Assembly: GCF_000284455.1 (NCBI RefSeq) | Contig: NC_017039.1 | Location: forward strand, 3,180,001-3,212,000 | Reading direction: 5' to 3' | From: Synechocystis sp. PCC 6803 substr. PCC-P | GTDB lineage: Bacteria; Cyanobacteriota; Cyanobacteriia; Cyanobacteriales; Microcystaceae | Length of the DNA stretch: 32,000 nt | Part shown: in pieces, positions 1 to 9,492 of the stretch | Layout of the letters: every line of letters begins with the position of its first letter | Position numbering within the stretch: position 1 is the first letter of the stretch | The notes under the pieces: model-generated | Seen by the model: the letters and a program-made list of their open reading frames with translations, nothing else | What the model was told of the DNA's origin: nothing | Databases searched by the model: none | Translations under genes and position numbers: made by a program

Positions 1-142
1 TTAGGTCTTGAATTCCTGATATGGAACCACGAAAGTTCCTCCCCCAGAGTAACCAGAAAAGAATGGTACCATTGCTTAGACGGCTCGTGCCTATAGCTTA
101 TACCAACCTTTACCTAACTCAAATTTTCGAGCTTAGCTTTCC

Positions 143-835
143 ATGACCAACGCCGCCCTAGACGATAAAACCATCGTTCGTGACTATTTTAATTCCACCG
201 GCTTTGACCGTTGGCGCCGGATCTATGGTGACGGCCAAGTCAATTTCGTGCAAAAAGACATCCGGGTGGGGCATCAACAAACCGTTGACTCGGTGGTGGC
301 CTGGTTAGTGGCGGACGGAAATTTACCTGGCTTGTTAGTCTGTGATGCGGGATGTGGGGTAGGTAGTTTGAGCATTCCCCTGGCCCAAGCGGGGGCATTG
401 GTCTATGGCAGTGATATTTCCGAAAAAATGGTGGGGGAAGCCCAACAAAAGGCCCAGGAAGTTTTGGCCTATGGCAATCAGCCCACGTTTATGACCCAGG
501 ATTTAGCCCAGTTGGGGGGTAAATATGACACAGTTATTTGTCTGGATGTGTTGATTCACTATCCAACGGAGGAGGCGTCAGCGATGATTAGCCACTTGGC
601 TTCCCTGGCTGATCGCCGTTTAATTTTGAGCTTTGCCCCCAAAACCCTGGGCTTGACGGTGTTGAAAAAAATTGGGGGACTGTTTCCCGGTCCCAGTAAG
701 ACCACCAGGGCCTATCAACATAAAGAAGCAGACATTCGCAAAATTTTGGGAGATAACGGCTTTTCCATTGCCCGTACCGGCATGACCAGTACCCGTTTCT
801 ACTATTCCCGTATTTTAGAGGCGGTGCGCTCTTAA
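143..835 (+). CDS. chlM: Magnesium-protoporphyrin IX methyltransferase
   Basis: 230 aa ORF. SAM-methyltransferase motif I (LLVCDAGCGVGSLSIPLAQAGALVYGSDIS). N-terminus DYFNSTGFDRWRRIYG is typical of ChlM/BchM. Confidence 0.95.
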   Translation: MTNAALDDKTIVRDYFNSTGFDRWRRIYGDGQVNFVQKDIRVGHQQTVDSVVAWLVADGNLPGLLVCDAGCGVGSLSIPLAQAGALVYGSDISEKMVGEAQQKAQEVLAYGNQPTFMTQDLAQLGGKYDTVICLDVLIHYPTEEASAMISHLASLADRRLILSFAPKTLGLTVLKKIGGLFPGPSKTTRAYQHKEADIRKILGDNGFSIARTGMTSTRFYYSRILEAVRS

Positions 836-841
836 GTTCCC

Positions 842-1624
842 ATGGCCATTACCCCCACCCAATTGTTGGATTGGAAGCGTCAACAACGGCCTATTGTGGC
901 CCTTACTGCCTGGGATACGGCGATCGCCTCGGTGTTGGATGCGGCGGGAGTGGAAATTATTCTGGTGGGGGATTCCCTCGGAATGGTGGCTTTGGGCTAC
1001 GAAACTACCCTACCGGTGAGCTTGGACACCATGATTCACCACACAGCGGCAGTTAAAAGGGGAGTACAAAGAGCCTTGGTGGTCTGTGACCTGCCCTTTT
1101 TGACCTATCAGGAAAGTCCAGCCCAGGCCATGGGGTCAGCGGGAAGGGTTTTGCAGGAAACCGGTGCCCAGGCAGTGAAATTAGAAGGGGGTCACCCCCG
1201 CATGGTGGAAACCGTAGCTCGACTAACGGAGGTGGGCATTCCGGTGATGGGTCATGTGGGCTTAACGCCCCAATCAGTCCATCAGTTGGGTTATCGGCAA
1301 CAGGGCCAGGACCCGGCCACAGCGGAGAAAATTCTTCATCAGGCGATCGCCTTGGCAGAGGCGGGAGTGTTTGCCATTGTTTTAGAACATATTCCTAGCG
1401 AACTAGCGGCTAGTATCACTGAGCAGTTGCCCATTCCCACCATTGGCATTGGGGCAGGGCCCCAGTGTGACGGCCAGGTTTTGGTGACGGCGGATTTACT
1501 CGGTTTGACAGTCAAACAACCGCCCTTTGCTCCGGCCTATCTGAATTTACGACATACCATTACGGAAACAGTGCATAAATTCAGTGGAGAAGTGCGACAA
1601 AGACAATTTCCCCGGCGGGGTTAG
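842..1624 (+). CDS. panB: 3-methyl-2-oxobutanoate hydroxymethyltransferase (ketopantoate hydroxymethyltransferase)
   Basis: 260 aa ORF, 6 nt after chlM. PanB signatures [44 protein letters not shown]-like region and [18 protein letters not shown]. Confidence 0.95.
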
Positions 1625-1700
1625 GGAACAAACTAAAACTTTGCCAACAGGCTGCCCAGGCTCCAGCAATGACCATAACCGATTGACTGCCGAAAAATCT

Positions 1701-2399
1701 ATGACCAAAACTGCTGTTGTTTTACTATCCGGAGGGTTAGATTCCGCCACCGTAGCGGCGATCGCCAAAAGGGAAGGGTACCGAGTTATTGCCCTTTCCT
1801 TTAACTACGGTCAACGCCATGACCGGGAATTGCGAGCGGCGGCAGACATCGTCCAAGCTCTGGGGATCCCAGAACATTTCAGCATCAACCTAGACCTGGC
1901 CCAGTGGGGAGGCTCTTCCCTGACCGATCGCCAACAAACCTTGCCCCAGACAGGGGTAGAACCAGATATTATTCCTTCCACCTATGTGCCGGGGCGTAAC
2001 ACCGTATTTATTGCCCTCGGTTTATCCCTAGCTGAAGCAAAGGGAGCCGAAGCGGTATTTTTGGGCATCAATGCCATCGACTATTCCGGCTATCCTGATT
2101 GCCGCCCCGAATATTTAGCAACCTATCAACAATTAGCAGCCCTGTCTTCCAAAGTCGGGGTAGAAGGAAGACCCATTCAATTGCTGGCTCCCCTGATTGA
2201 ATTGAGCAAAGTTGACATTGTCCATAAAGCTTTGGAATTGGGAGTCCCCATTGCCCAAACCTGGTCTTGCTACGCCGGGGGGGAAGAACCCTGTGGTCGC
2301 TGTGACTCCTGCCGTTTGCGGGATCAGGCTTTAATTGAGGCAGGGCATCCAGAACTGGCCAGTGCCAAGGGCCGTCTTTGGAGGGAAAAAGTTGACTGA
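1701..2399 (+). CDS. queC: 7-cyano-7-deazaguanine synthase (ExsB/QueC family)
   Basis: PP-loop motif [38 protein letters not shown], and C-terminal zinc cysteines [18 protein letters not shown]. The ORF is open from 1584, but homology begins at [12 protein letters not shown] (1701), the likely start. Confidence 0.93.
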
Positions 2400-2560
2400 A
2401 CTCCCCCTTCTTGCTGGACGGAGAAAAGGTAATTCCCGTTCGCATTAATCAAGGTCAGCCAGGAAGCTTTGCAACCAGTACACCAGGAGCTAACCTCCGT
2501 TGGAACATCTCGGGTATATTGACCTTCATTGACGGCAGATTTGATTGGGGAAAAACAACC

Positions 2561-4078
2561 ATGGTTAAGTTAGGGCAGTTATTGGCATCGGTTCCAGAGG
2601 TGGTGGCCGCCGCCCCTTGGTTGGCCCAGGAATCGGATCGTTGCCCTGCCCTAGGGAAAATAGTGACTGGTTTATCTACCAATTCCCATGCCTGTCCCCC
2701 TGGCACTTTATTCATTGGCATGCCGGGCACCAGGGTTGACGGAGGGGAGTTTTGGTCCGGGGCCCTAGAAGCTGGGGCGATCGCCGCTGTGGTCAGTGAG
2801 AAGGCGTTGCAAAAATTTCCGCCCCAAAATGGAGAATGCGTCATTGCGGTGCCGGATTTAGTGCCGGTGTGTGCCGGCCTTGCGGCGGCCTTTTACCAAC
2901 ATCCTGCCCAAACGTTGCAACTGGTGGGAGTAACGGGCACCAATGGCAAAACGACCACCAGCCATTTGATTGAATATTTCCTCAATCAACAGCAACGGTC
3001 CAGTGCTTTGCTGGGAACCCTCTACACCCGTTGGCCTGGTTACCAAAAGACCGCCACCCACACCACCCCCTTTGCGACGGATTTACAGAAACAATTGGCC
3101 GAAGCTCTCCAGGCGGGCAATCAATACGCCGTGATGGAAGTTAGTTCCCATGCCTTGGCCCAGGGCAGGGTTTTGCAATGTGGCTTTGCCTGCGCTGTGT
3201 TCACCAACCTCACCCAGGATCATTTGGACTTCCACGGCACCATGGAAAATTATTTTGCTGCCAAGGCTTTGTTGTTTAAGGAGTCATATCTCCAAGGTCG
3301 GGCGGTGATCAACCAAGATGATCCCTACGGCCAAAGGTTAATCGATCGCCTACCGTTGGATCAGGTTTACACCTACAGCGTCAACGATAGCACTGCGGAC
3401 TTTTACACCAAGGATTTGGACTATCAACCCACCGGGGTTAAGGGCACGTTTGTTACTCCCCAGGGGGAATTTCCTTTCCTGTCCCCCTTAGTAGGGCAAT
3501 TTAACTTGGCCAATGTGCTAGCGGCGATCGCCAGTGGCCTGCACCTTGGGCTAGATCCAGCCGCCATGGTGAAGGATTTACTCGATTTTCCTGGGGTACC
3601 GGGGCGCATGGAGCAGGTACAAATCCGCCCGGATCAAGACATTTCTGTGATGGTGGACTATGCCCACACCCCGGACAGTTTGGAAAATGCCCTCAAGGCC
3701 GCCCGCCCCTTTATCCCCGGCCGCTTGATTTGTATATTTGGTTGTGGTGGCGATCGGGATCGTACCAAACGGCCTTTAATGGGCAATATTGCGGCTCAGC
3801 TGGCCGACCTAGCGGTGGTTACCTCCGACAATCCCCGTACCGAAGACCCCGAACAAATTTTGGCCGACGTAGTGCAAGGCATCAGTCTAGACATCGAACC
3901 CTGGATCATTGGCGATCGGGCCACCGCTATCCATAAGGCGATCCGGGAAGCAAAACCGGGGGACGGGGTGTTAATTGCCGGCAAAGGCCACGAAGACTAC
4001 CAGATTCTTGGCACGGAAAAAATCCACTTCGATGACCGGGAACAGGCCAGGGAAGCGTTGATTTTACGCTACAGCTAG
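2561..4078 (+). CDS. murE: UDP-N-acetylmuramoyl-L-alanyl-D-glutamate--2,6-diaminopimelate ligase
   Basis: Mur ligase ATP-binding motif GVTGTNGKTTTSHLIEY, DYAHTPDSLENAL, CIFGCGGDRDRTKRP, and DNPRTEDPEQI typical of MurE. The ORF is open from 2411, but MVKLGQLLASVP at 2561 fits the usual N-terminus. Confidence 0.94.
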   Translation: MVKLGQLLASVPEVVAAAPWLAQESDRCPALGKIVTGLSTNSHACPPGTLFIGMPGTRVDGGEFWSGALEAGAIAAVVSEKALQKFPPQNGECVIAVPDLVPVCAGLAAAFYQHPAQTLQLVGVTGTNGKTTTSHLIEYFLNQQQRSSALLGTLYTRWPGYQKTATHTTPFATDLQKQLAEALQAGNQYAVMEVSSHALAQGRVLQCGFACAVFTNLTQDHLDFHGTMENYFAAKALLFKESYLQGRAVINQDDPYGQRLIDRLPLDQVYTYSVNDSTADFYTKDLDYQPTGVKGTFVTPQGEFPFLSPLVGQFNLANVLAAIASGLHLGLDPAAMVKDLLDFPGVPGRMEQVQIRPDQDISVMVDYAHTPDSLENALKAARPFIPGRLICIFGCGGDRDRTKRPLMGNIAAQLADLAVVTSDNPRTEDPEQILADVVQGISLDIEPWIIGDRATAIHKAIREAKPGDGVLIAGKGHEDYQILGTEKIHFDDREQAREALILRYS

Positions 4079-4206
4079 CATTGCAACCCCTAAGAACCTA
4101 TTGGCCAGGTTTCAGTTTGCTCCGCAAAAAGTGACCACAATGGCTGGAGACTTTTACATAGTCCTCAGCCAAAATTAGGAGCATCGGGCGGTTTTTAAAA
4201 CACGCC

Positions 4207-5871
4207 TCAACTACTTGCTACTGATTCGAAGACAGGACAATGGCCATCCGCCCTCACCTCTAATCCCATCAGGGGAGAAACGGGATTACGACAATGATAA
4301 TGCTGAAAATGTCGGCAGTTGGCACAGCAATCAAAATCTACCGGGCGCTTACTGCTTTGATTTTGTTTGAGCAATTCCCTTTGGCTGATCCCCCTTAATA
4401 CCAGTTCTTCTCCCTGCCAACGGGCTTGCACAATGCCGGTTTCGCCAAATTTGCCCCAACGGGAATTTTCTAGAATTTGCCCGTCTAAATGGATGACCAC
4501 TTCCCCCAGGTGATGAATCTGCTTATTCGGTTCTAGCTCGTGGATTTCTCCTTCATAAATCTGGGGCGGCGGGGGAGTGGGTTGTACAAATCGATCGCCA
4601 ATGGGCAGGGCCACCGCATTGCCGGCGGCGGGGGAATGGAGCTGGTAGCGACTTTGTAATTCTTCTAAACTAGTTAAGTCTTCAATATCCGAGGGTTGCC
4701 CATGGACAAACACCAAATGTTGGGGACGGAGATTATGGATCAACTGGGTCGTGTTGCGGCCATCACTATGGTCTGCCAACAGATAATCTTCCAGCTCATA
4801 TTTGGGAAACTCTTCTAGGTCTTGCCAGGCAAAGTTCACCAAACAACTGGGTAAGGTAAGCAACTGGGGCATAAATACTGTCCACAATCCCGGTAAGGCG
4901 GCGGGACTAGGCCAAAAAGCAGGCCAAGTTGTGGTGATTACTATGGATGGGGCCGATAGGGATAGTTCGCCCTGGTCATCGGTGAGGGGGCGCAGATGGG
5001 GATAAACTTTATCGTCCCAAAATAGGGGTTGGTGTTGGGCGAAATTGCGGACATTATCGGGGAGATGGTCAATTATTCCCTGGTAAGCGTCACAACCTCT
5101 GGCCACGGATTCCCCCGCCCAAAGGTTAACTTGACGCCCGGTGAACTGATGGTGGGTCCTTAGTAACTTGAGAATTTCCTGGGCTAAACCCAAGGGAGGC
5201 ACTGGCAGGAGAATATTTCTCCCCTTGGCTAGCACCGTTTCGATCGCCTGGATAAATTGTTTTTCCTGTTGACGACGGTGGGGTAAACGGCGGTTGCCAT
5301 AATGTCCTTCTAGGATCAGCACATCCGGTTTCAGACCCCGCAGGGGAGTCAAGGCCAGACCGTCTACTAACTGGAGATGGGAAAGGCAATAATCCCCGGT
5401 ATAAATCACCCGGTAAAGGCGATCGCCGTTATGGTATTCGAGCAAAATTAGGGCAGCCCCCGGTAAATGCCCTGCCGGTAATAATTCCACCGTGAGGCCA
5501 GGTAAAACTTCCTGGGGCGATCGCCAGGGTAAAACCCGACAAAATGGAGGCACAAACTCATCGGGCCAATTCAGGGGCAGTAACCGTTGGGTAACTTCAC
5601 TGGCCAGAATGGGAATGTGGGGAAATTGTTGGTGAAATTGCCACAACCCCAAACCGTGATCCCTGTGGGCATGGCTACAAAAAACCAGATCCACTGTCCC
5701 CGGATCCGCTGCCAACAATGGTGTTAAGTCTTCTAAACCACAGTCGAGCAGAATCCTATAGGGTCCCAAATGCAGTTCCAGACAAATCCCCCCATCCCGG
5801 GGACCCACTCCATAGGGAAGAAAGGATATATTGGCAAAAGCCTTGCCCTGGGTCGGCACGGAAAAAGTCAT
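4207..5871 (-). CDS. Metallo-beta-lactamase fold hydrolase, beta-CASP/CPSF-like (putative RNA-processing nuclease family) with Cys-rich C-terminus
   Basis: 554 aa ORF with VDLVFCSHAHRDHGLGL (HxHxDH), LLPAGHLPGAALILLE, YTGDYCLS and VLILEGHYGNRRLPHR (beta-CASP motif A-like). C-terminal CCANCRHFQHYHCRNP...GHCPVF. Confidence 0.75.
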   Translation of the reverse strand: MTFSVPTQGKAFANISFLPYGVGPRDGGICLELHLGPYRILLDCGLEDLTPLLAADPGTVDLVFCSHAHRDHGLGLWQFHQQFPHIPILASEVTQRLLPLNWPDEFVPPFCRVLPWRSPQEVLPGLTVELLPAGHLPGAALILLEYHNGDRLYRVIYTGDYCLSHLQLVDGLALTPLRGLKPDVLILEGHYGNRRLPHRRQQEKQFIQAIETVLAKGRNILLPVPPLGLAQEILKLLRTHHQFTGRQVNLWAGESVARGCDAYQGIIDHLPDNVRNFAQHQPLFWDDKVYPHLRPLTDDQGELSLSAPSIVITTTWPAFWPSPAALPGLWTVFMPQLLTLPSCLVNFAWQDLEEFPKYELEDYLLADHSDGRNTTQLIHNLRPQHLVFVHGQPSDIEDLTSLEELQSRYQLHSPAAGNAVALPIGDRFVQPTPPPPQIYEGEIHELEPNKQIHHLGEVVIHLDGQILENSRWGKFGETGIVQARWQGEELVLRGISQRELLKQNQSSKRPVDFDCCANCRHFQHYHCRNPVSPLMGLEVRADGHCPVFESVASS

Positions 5872-5932
5872 GGAAGCTTGGCGATCAGCCCTGGGGGCAA
5901 AGCAAAATCAATCACAATAACGGCGGGTAAAA

Positions 5933-6055
5933 CTAATGGGCAGAACCATTACCGTCGTACTTGTCAGTGTCGTAATAGCCATTTTTGGTGCCGAAAAATA
6001 GACATGCCAGGGTAAACACCGCTGTTAGACCAATCAAAATCAATTTGACATCCAT
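5933..6055 (-). CDS. Candidate small membrane protein of 40 aa: MDVKLILIGLTAVFTLACLFFGTKNGYYDTDKYDGNGSAH
   Basis: ATG at 6055..6053 read through to TAG at 5935..5933, translated by hand. Hydrophobic helix LILIGLTAVFTLACLFFG followed by a polar Tyr/Asp-rich tail. Absent from the supplied ORF track, whose shortest entries are about 60 aa. The gap between flanking genes is otherwise unexplained. Confidence 0.6.
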   Translation of the reverse strand: MDVKLILIGLTAVFTLACLFFGTKNGYYDTDKYDGNGSAH

Positions 6056-6310
6056 AGAATTATGTCGCAAACAAAGCAAACGTCGCCCCCATCGTAACTC
6101 GTTTCCCCCAAGGGGAGCAGAATTTTCCTGCCATTTGCATCCCAGACCAGAGCGATGGGATTGACAACGCTGCTAGCAACAAAATTAGTAGTCAAAAAGA
6201 ACTATCTGATTTGACCCATACCAATTTTCAAGGCATGGTATAGGTGGAACTTTCCCACACCAAAGATATTGACTGTATCGATATTGGGTTGTTGCTTTAC
6301 GGTTTTTGCG

Positions 6311-7576
6311 ATGAAATTTTTTAAAATCACTACCCTGATAATTAGCCTGATTGTTCTCACTAGTTGCCAGGGCCCAGGGGTTAATGGGGACGAAGACAGA
6401 AAACAGGTGACCATCCTTGGGGTAATGATTGGGGAACAACAGGAAAAAATTGAACAAGCCCTAGCGCCCTTTACCGAAGCCACCGGCATTGAAGTGGTTT
6501 ACGAAGGCGTTGATACCTTTGCCACCACCTTACCCATTCGGGTCGACTCCGGTCGAGCTCCCGATTTAGCCATGTTTCCCCAGCCGGGATTGATGGCGGA
6601 TTTTGCCAGGGAAGGAAAATTAGTTCCCCTGGGGGAAATTCTCACCCCGGAGGAAATGACAGAGGCCTATGACCAGGCTTGGTTGGATTTAGCTGCGGTG
6701 GATGGCACCGTTTACGGCGTTTGGTATCGAGCCTCGGTCAAAAGTCTAGTTTGGTTTAATCCCCAAGAGTTTGCTGCTAATGGTTATGAAGTTCCTGGCA
6801 CTTGGGAAGAAATGATGGCCCTTAGTCAACGGCTGATTGATAAAGGCAAAACTCCCTGGTGTCTGGGCATCGAAAGTGGCAATGCTACGGGCTGGGTGGG
6901 CACCGATTGGGTCGAAGATATTATGTTACGCACTGCTAGTCCGGCAACCTATGACCAGTGGGTAGCCCATGATATTCCCTTCAACGATCGCCGGGTGGAA
7001 AATGCCCTGGATATTTTTGGCGAAATTACCCAGAACGAAAAAATGATTTACGGCGGGAAGGTGGGGGCTTTGAGCACGCCTTTTGGAGACTCTATTTTAG
7101 GATTATTTACCGATCCCCCCCATTGTTATCTACACCGCCAAGGGAATTTCATTGCCGCTTTTTTGCCGGCGGATGTGGACGATGACCAGGTTGATATTTT
7201 CCCTTTGCCCCCCATTGAAGAAGAGTATGGCTTACCCATCCTGGTGGCAGGGGATATTTTTGCCATGTTTAACGATACGCCGGAAGCTAGGCAGTTGATG
7301 GCATATTTGGCGAGCTCCCGGCCCCATGAAGTAGCCGCCACTTTAGGAGCTTATATTTCTCCCCACAAAAACATTGACCTGAATCTCTATCCCGATCGCC
7401 TGACCCGTAAACAGGCGGAAATTTTGAACAAGGCGGAGGTGATTCGTTTTGATGCGTCCGATATGATGCCGGGAGCGGTGGGCACGGGGACGTTTTGGTC
7501 TGGCATGGTGGACTACATCGGCGGCGCCGACGGTACTCAAGTTTTAAACACCATTGAAAGAAGTTGGCCCCGTTAG
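6311..7576 (+). CDS. ggtB: ABC transporter substrate-binding lipoprotein, glucosylglycerol uptake
   Basis: MKFFKITTLIISLIVLTSCQG is a lipoprotein signal peptide with an LTSC lipobox, followed by a family-1 sugar solute-binding protein sequence. Directly upstream of two sugar ABC permeases. Open from 6269, but 6311 is the likely start. Confidence 0.88.
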   Translation: MKFFKITTLIISLIVLTSCQGPGVNGDEDRKQVTILGVMIGEQQEKIEQALAPFTEATGIEVVYEGVDTFATTLPIRVDSGRAPDLAMFPQPGLMADFAREGKLVPLGEILTPEEMTEAYDQAWLDLAAVDGTVYGVWYRASVKSLVWFNPQEFAANGYEVPGTWEEMMALSQRLIDKGKTPWCLGIESGNATGWVGTDWVEDIMLRTASPATYDQWVAHDIPFNDRRVENALDIFGEITQNEKMIYGGKVGALSTPFGDSILGLFTDPPHCYLHRQGNFIAAFLPADVDDDQVDIFPLPPIEEEYGLPILVAGDIFAMFNDTPEARQLMAYLASSRPHEVAATLGAYISPHKNIDLNLYPDRLTRKQAEILNKAEVIRFDASDMMPGAVGTGTFWSGMVDYIGGADGTQVLNTIERSWPR

Positions 7577-7606
7577 ATGCCTTAGTTACTGCTGCACTGT
7601 TGTTAT

Positions 7607-8596
7607 TTGGAGGAAAAGAAAAATTTGTTTTATCGCGTTGTTAATGTTCTGTTGGCGATCGCCATTGGTTGTGGCGGGGTAATCGGTTTGTTTTACCTTG
7701 CTAACTACGCCATTAATGCTCTGCCCAAACCTTGGAATAAAAGGATATTGCCCTGGGTGTATGTAACCCCGGCTTTACTCTTTCTGTCGGCCTATCTAAT
7801 ATTGCCCACCCTAGAGACTGTCTATTTAAGCTTTTTTGATGGGCGCTCCAGGAATTTTGTCGGATTAAAAAATTACGTTTTTGCCTTCACAGACCACACC
7901 ATGTTGGTGGCATTTCGCAACAACTTATTATGGTTAGTACTGGTCACAGGCATCAGCGTTAGTTTGGGGTTAATTATTGCTGTCTTGGTGGATAAAGTCC
8001 GCTACGAGGCGATCGCCAAGTCGATCATCTTTTTGCCCATGGCCATTTCCTTTGTGGGGGCCAGCGTCATTTGGAAATTTGTCTACGCCTACAGGCCAGC
8101 GGGGGCCGAACAAATTGGTTTGCTCAATGCCATTGTAACTAGCTTGGGCTTTGCCCCAGTGGGATGGTTAGTGGAGCGATCGGTGAACAATTTTGCCCTC
8201 ATCGCCATCATGATTTGGCTCTACACCGGCTTTTGTATGGTTATTCTTTCCGCCGCAGTGAAAGGCATTCCCGCTGATGTCATTGAGGCGGCTAGGATTG
8301 ACGGAGCTAACAGTTGGCAAATTTTTTGGCGCATTACCATTCCCATGATCCGCTCTACCCTGTTAGTAGTCAGTACTACCATGGTGATTTTAGTGCTGAA
8401 GGTATTCGACATTGTTTTTGTCATGACCGGCGGTAACCAGGGCACGGAAGTAATCGCTAGCTTGATGATTAAGGAAATGTTTAATTATCGCAACTTTGGC
8501 CGGGGAAGTACCATTGCCGTCATTTTGTTGCTGTTAATTGTGCCCGTGATGATCACCAATATTCGTCGTTTTAAAGCTCAGGAGAAATTACGTTAA
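7607..8596 (+). CDS. ggtC: ABC transporter permease (MalF-like), glucosylglycerol uptake
   Basis: 329 aa multi-helix protein with a TTG start. EAA loop EAARIDGANSWQIFWRITIPMIRSTL. Confidence 0.88.
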   Translation: MEEKKNLFYRVVNVLLAIAIGCGGVIGLFYLANYAINALPKPWNKRILPWVYVTPALLFLSAYLILPTLETVYLSFFDGRSRNFVGLKNYVFAFTDHTMLVAFRNNLLWLVLVTGISVSLGLIIAVLVDKVRYEAIAKSIIFLPMAISFVGASVIWKFVYAYRPAGAEQIGLLNAIVTSLGFAPVGWLVERSVNNFALIAIMIWLYTGFCMVILSAAVKGIPADVIEAARIDGANSWQIFWRITIPMIRSTLLVVSTTMVILVLKVFDIVFVMTGGNQGTEVIASLMIKEMFNYRNFGRGSTIAVILLLLIVPVMITNIRRFKAQEKLR

Positions 8597-9492
8597 TGAC
8601 CAAAGCCGTTAATAAATCTAATAGGACTAATAACACCAATAGAAAAACAGAATTTTGGCAAAAACTTCCCATTCACATAGCAATTCTCACCATTGCCTTC
8701 ATTTGGACATTGCCTAGTTTAGGTCTATTTATTAGCTCCCTACGGCCCCGGGGGGACATGCTCAGCACTGGTTGGTGGACAGTATTTTGGCACCCCCTAG
8801 AAATTACCCAGTTTTATCTGGGCAACTATGGGGACGTTTTACGCTCCTCCGGCATGGGGGAAGCTTTTTTAAACAGTTTGACCATTGCTGTGCCTGCCAC
8901 GGTGATTCCCATTGCCATTGCCACCTTTGCCGCTTACGCCTTTGCTTGGATGACCTTTCCGGGACGACAATTATTATTTATTTTGGTGGTCTGCCTACTG
9001 GTGGTGCCTTTACAAACCACTCTTATTCCTGTTTTGAGGGTTTACGCCCAATTGGGCCTAGCGGGCACTTTCCTTGGGGTTTGGTTAGCCCACACTGCCT
9101 ATGGTCTGCCCCTGGGTATTTACCTGTTACGCAACTACATTGGCGCTCTTCCCAAAGACCTAATTGAAGCGGCGGCGGTGGATGGTGCTTCCCATTTAAA
9201 AATTTTTACCAAGTTAATTGTGCCACTCTCCATGCCGGCGATCGCCTCCTTTGCTGTATTTCAATTTCTCTGGGTATGGAATGATTTATTGGTCGCCCTG
9301 GTTTACCTGGGGGGCACCGCCGATGTTGCCCCTGTTACCATCCAACTGAGTAATTTAGTCGGCTCCCGGGGACAGGATTGGTACTTATTAACCGCTGGAG
9401 CTTTCATCAGCATGATTGTGCCCCTAATGGTTTTCTTTGGTTTGCAGCGGTACTTTGTGCGAGGCATTCTGGCAGGATCAGTTAAATCCTAA
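8596..9492 (+). CDS. ggtD: ABC transporter permease (MalG-like), glucosylglycerol uptake
   Basis: 298 aa multi-helix protein. EAA loop EAAAVDGASHLKIFTKLIVPLSMPAIASFAVFQFLWVWNDLLVAL. Its ATG overlaps the ggtC stop (TAATG). Confidence 0.88.
   Translation: MTKAVNKSNRTNNTNRKTEFWQKLPIHIAILTIAFIWTLPSLGLFISSLRPRGDMLSTGWWTVFWHPLEITQFYLGNYGDVLRSSGMGEAFLNSLTIAVPATVIPIAIATFAAYAFAWMTFPGRQLLFILVVCLLVVPLQTTLIPVLRVYAQLGLAGTFLGVWLAHTAYGLPLGIYLLRNYIGALPKDLIEAAAVDGASHLKIFTKLIVPLSMPAIASFAVFQFLWVWNDLLVALVYLGGTADVAPVTIQLSNLVGSRGQDWYLLTAGAFISMIVPLMVFFGLQRYFVRGILAGSVKS

Noticed and set aside
1-142. Window start checked for a partial gene or tRNA
   Set aside because: No cloverleaf-like fold or convincing coding frame seen in this short segment; it is most likely the chlM upstream region.
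2068-2445. 125 aa minus-strand ORF overlapping queC
   Set aside because: Antisense to conserved queC coding sequence, with no motif.
6185-6489. 90 and 95 aa minus-strand ORFs upstream of and overlapping ggtB
   Set aside because: They overlap each other and the ggtB signal peptide/lipobox region; their sequences look like antisense translation.
8772-9167. 131 aa plus-strand alternative-frame ORF within ggtD
   Set aside because: Out-of-frame translation of a conserved permease gene; Cys/His/Gly-rich junk composition.
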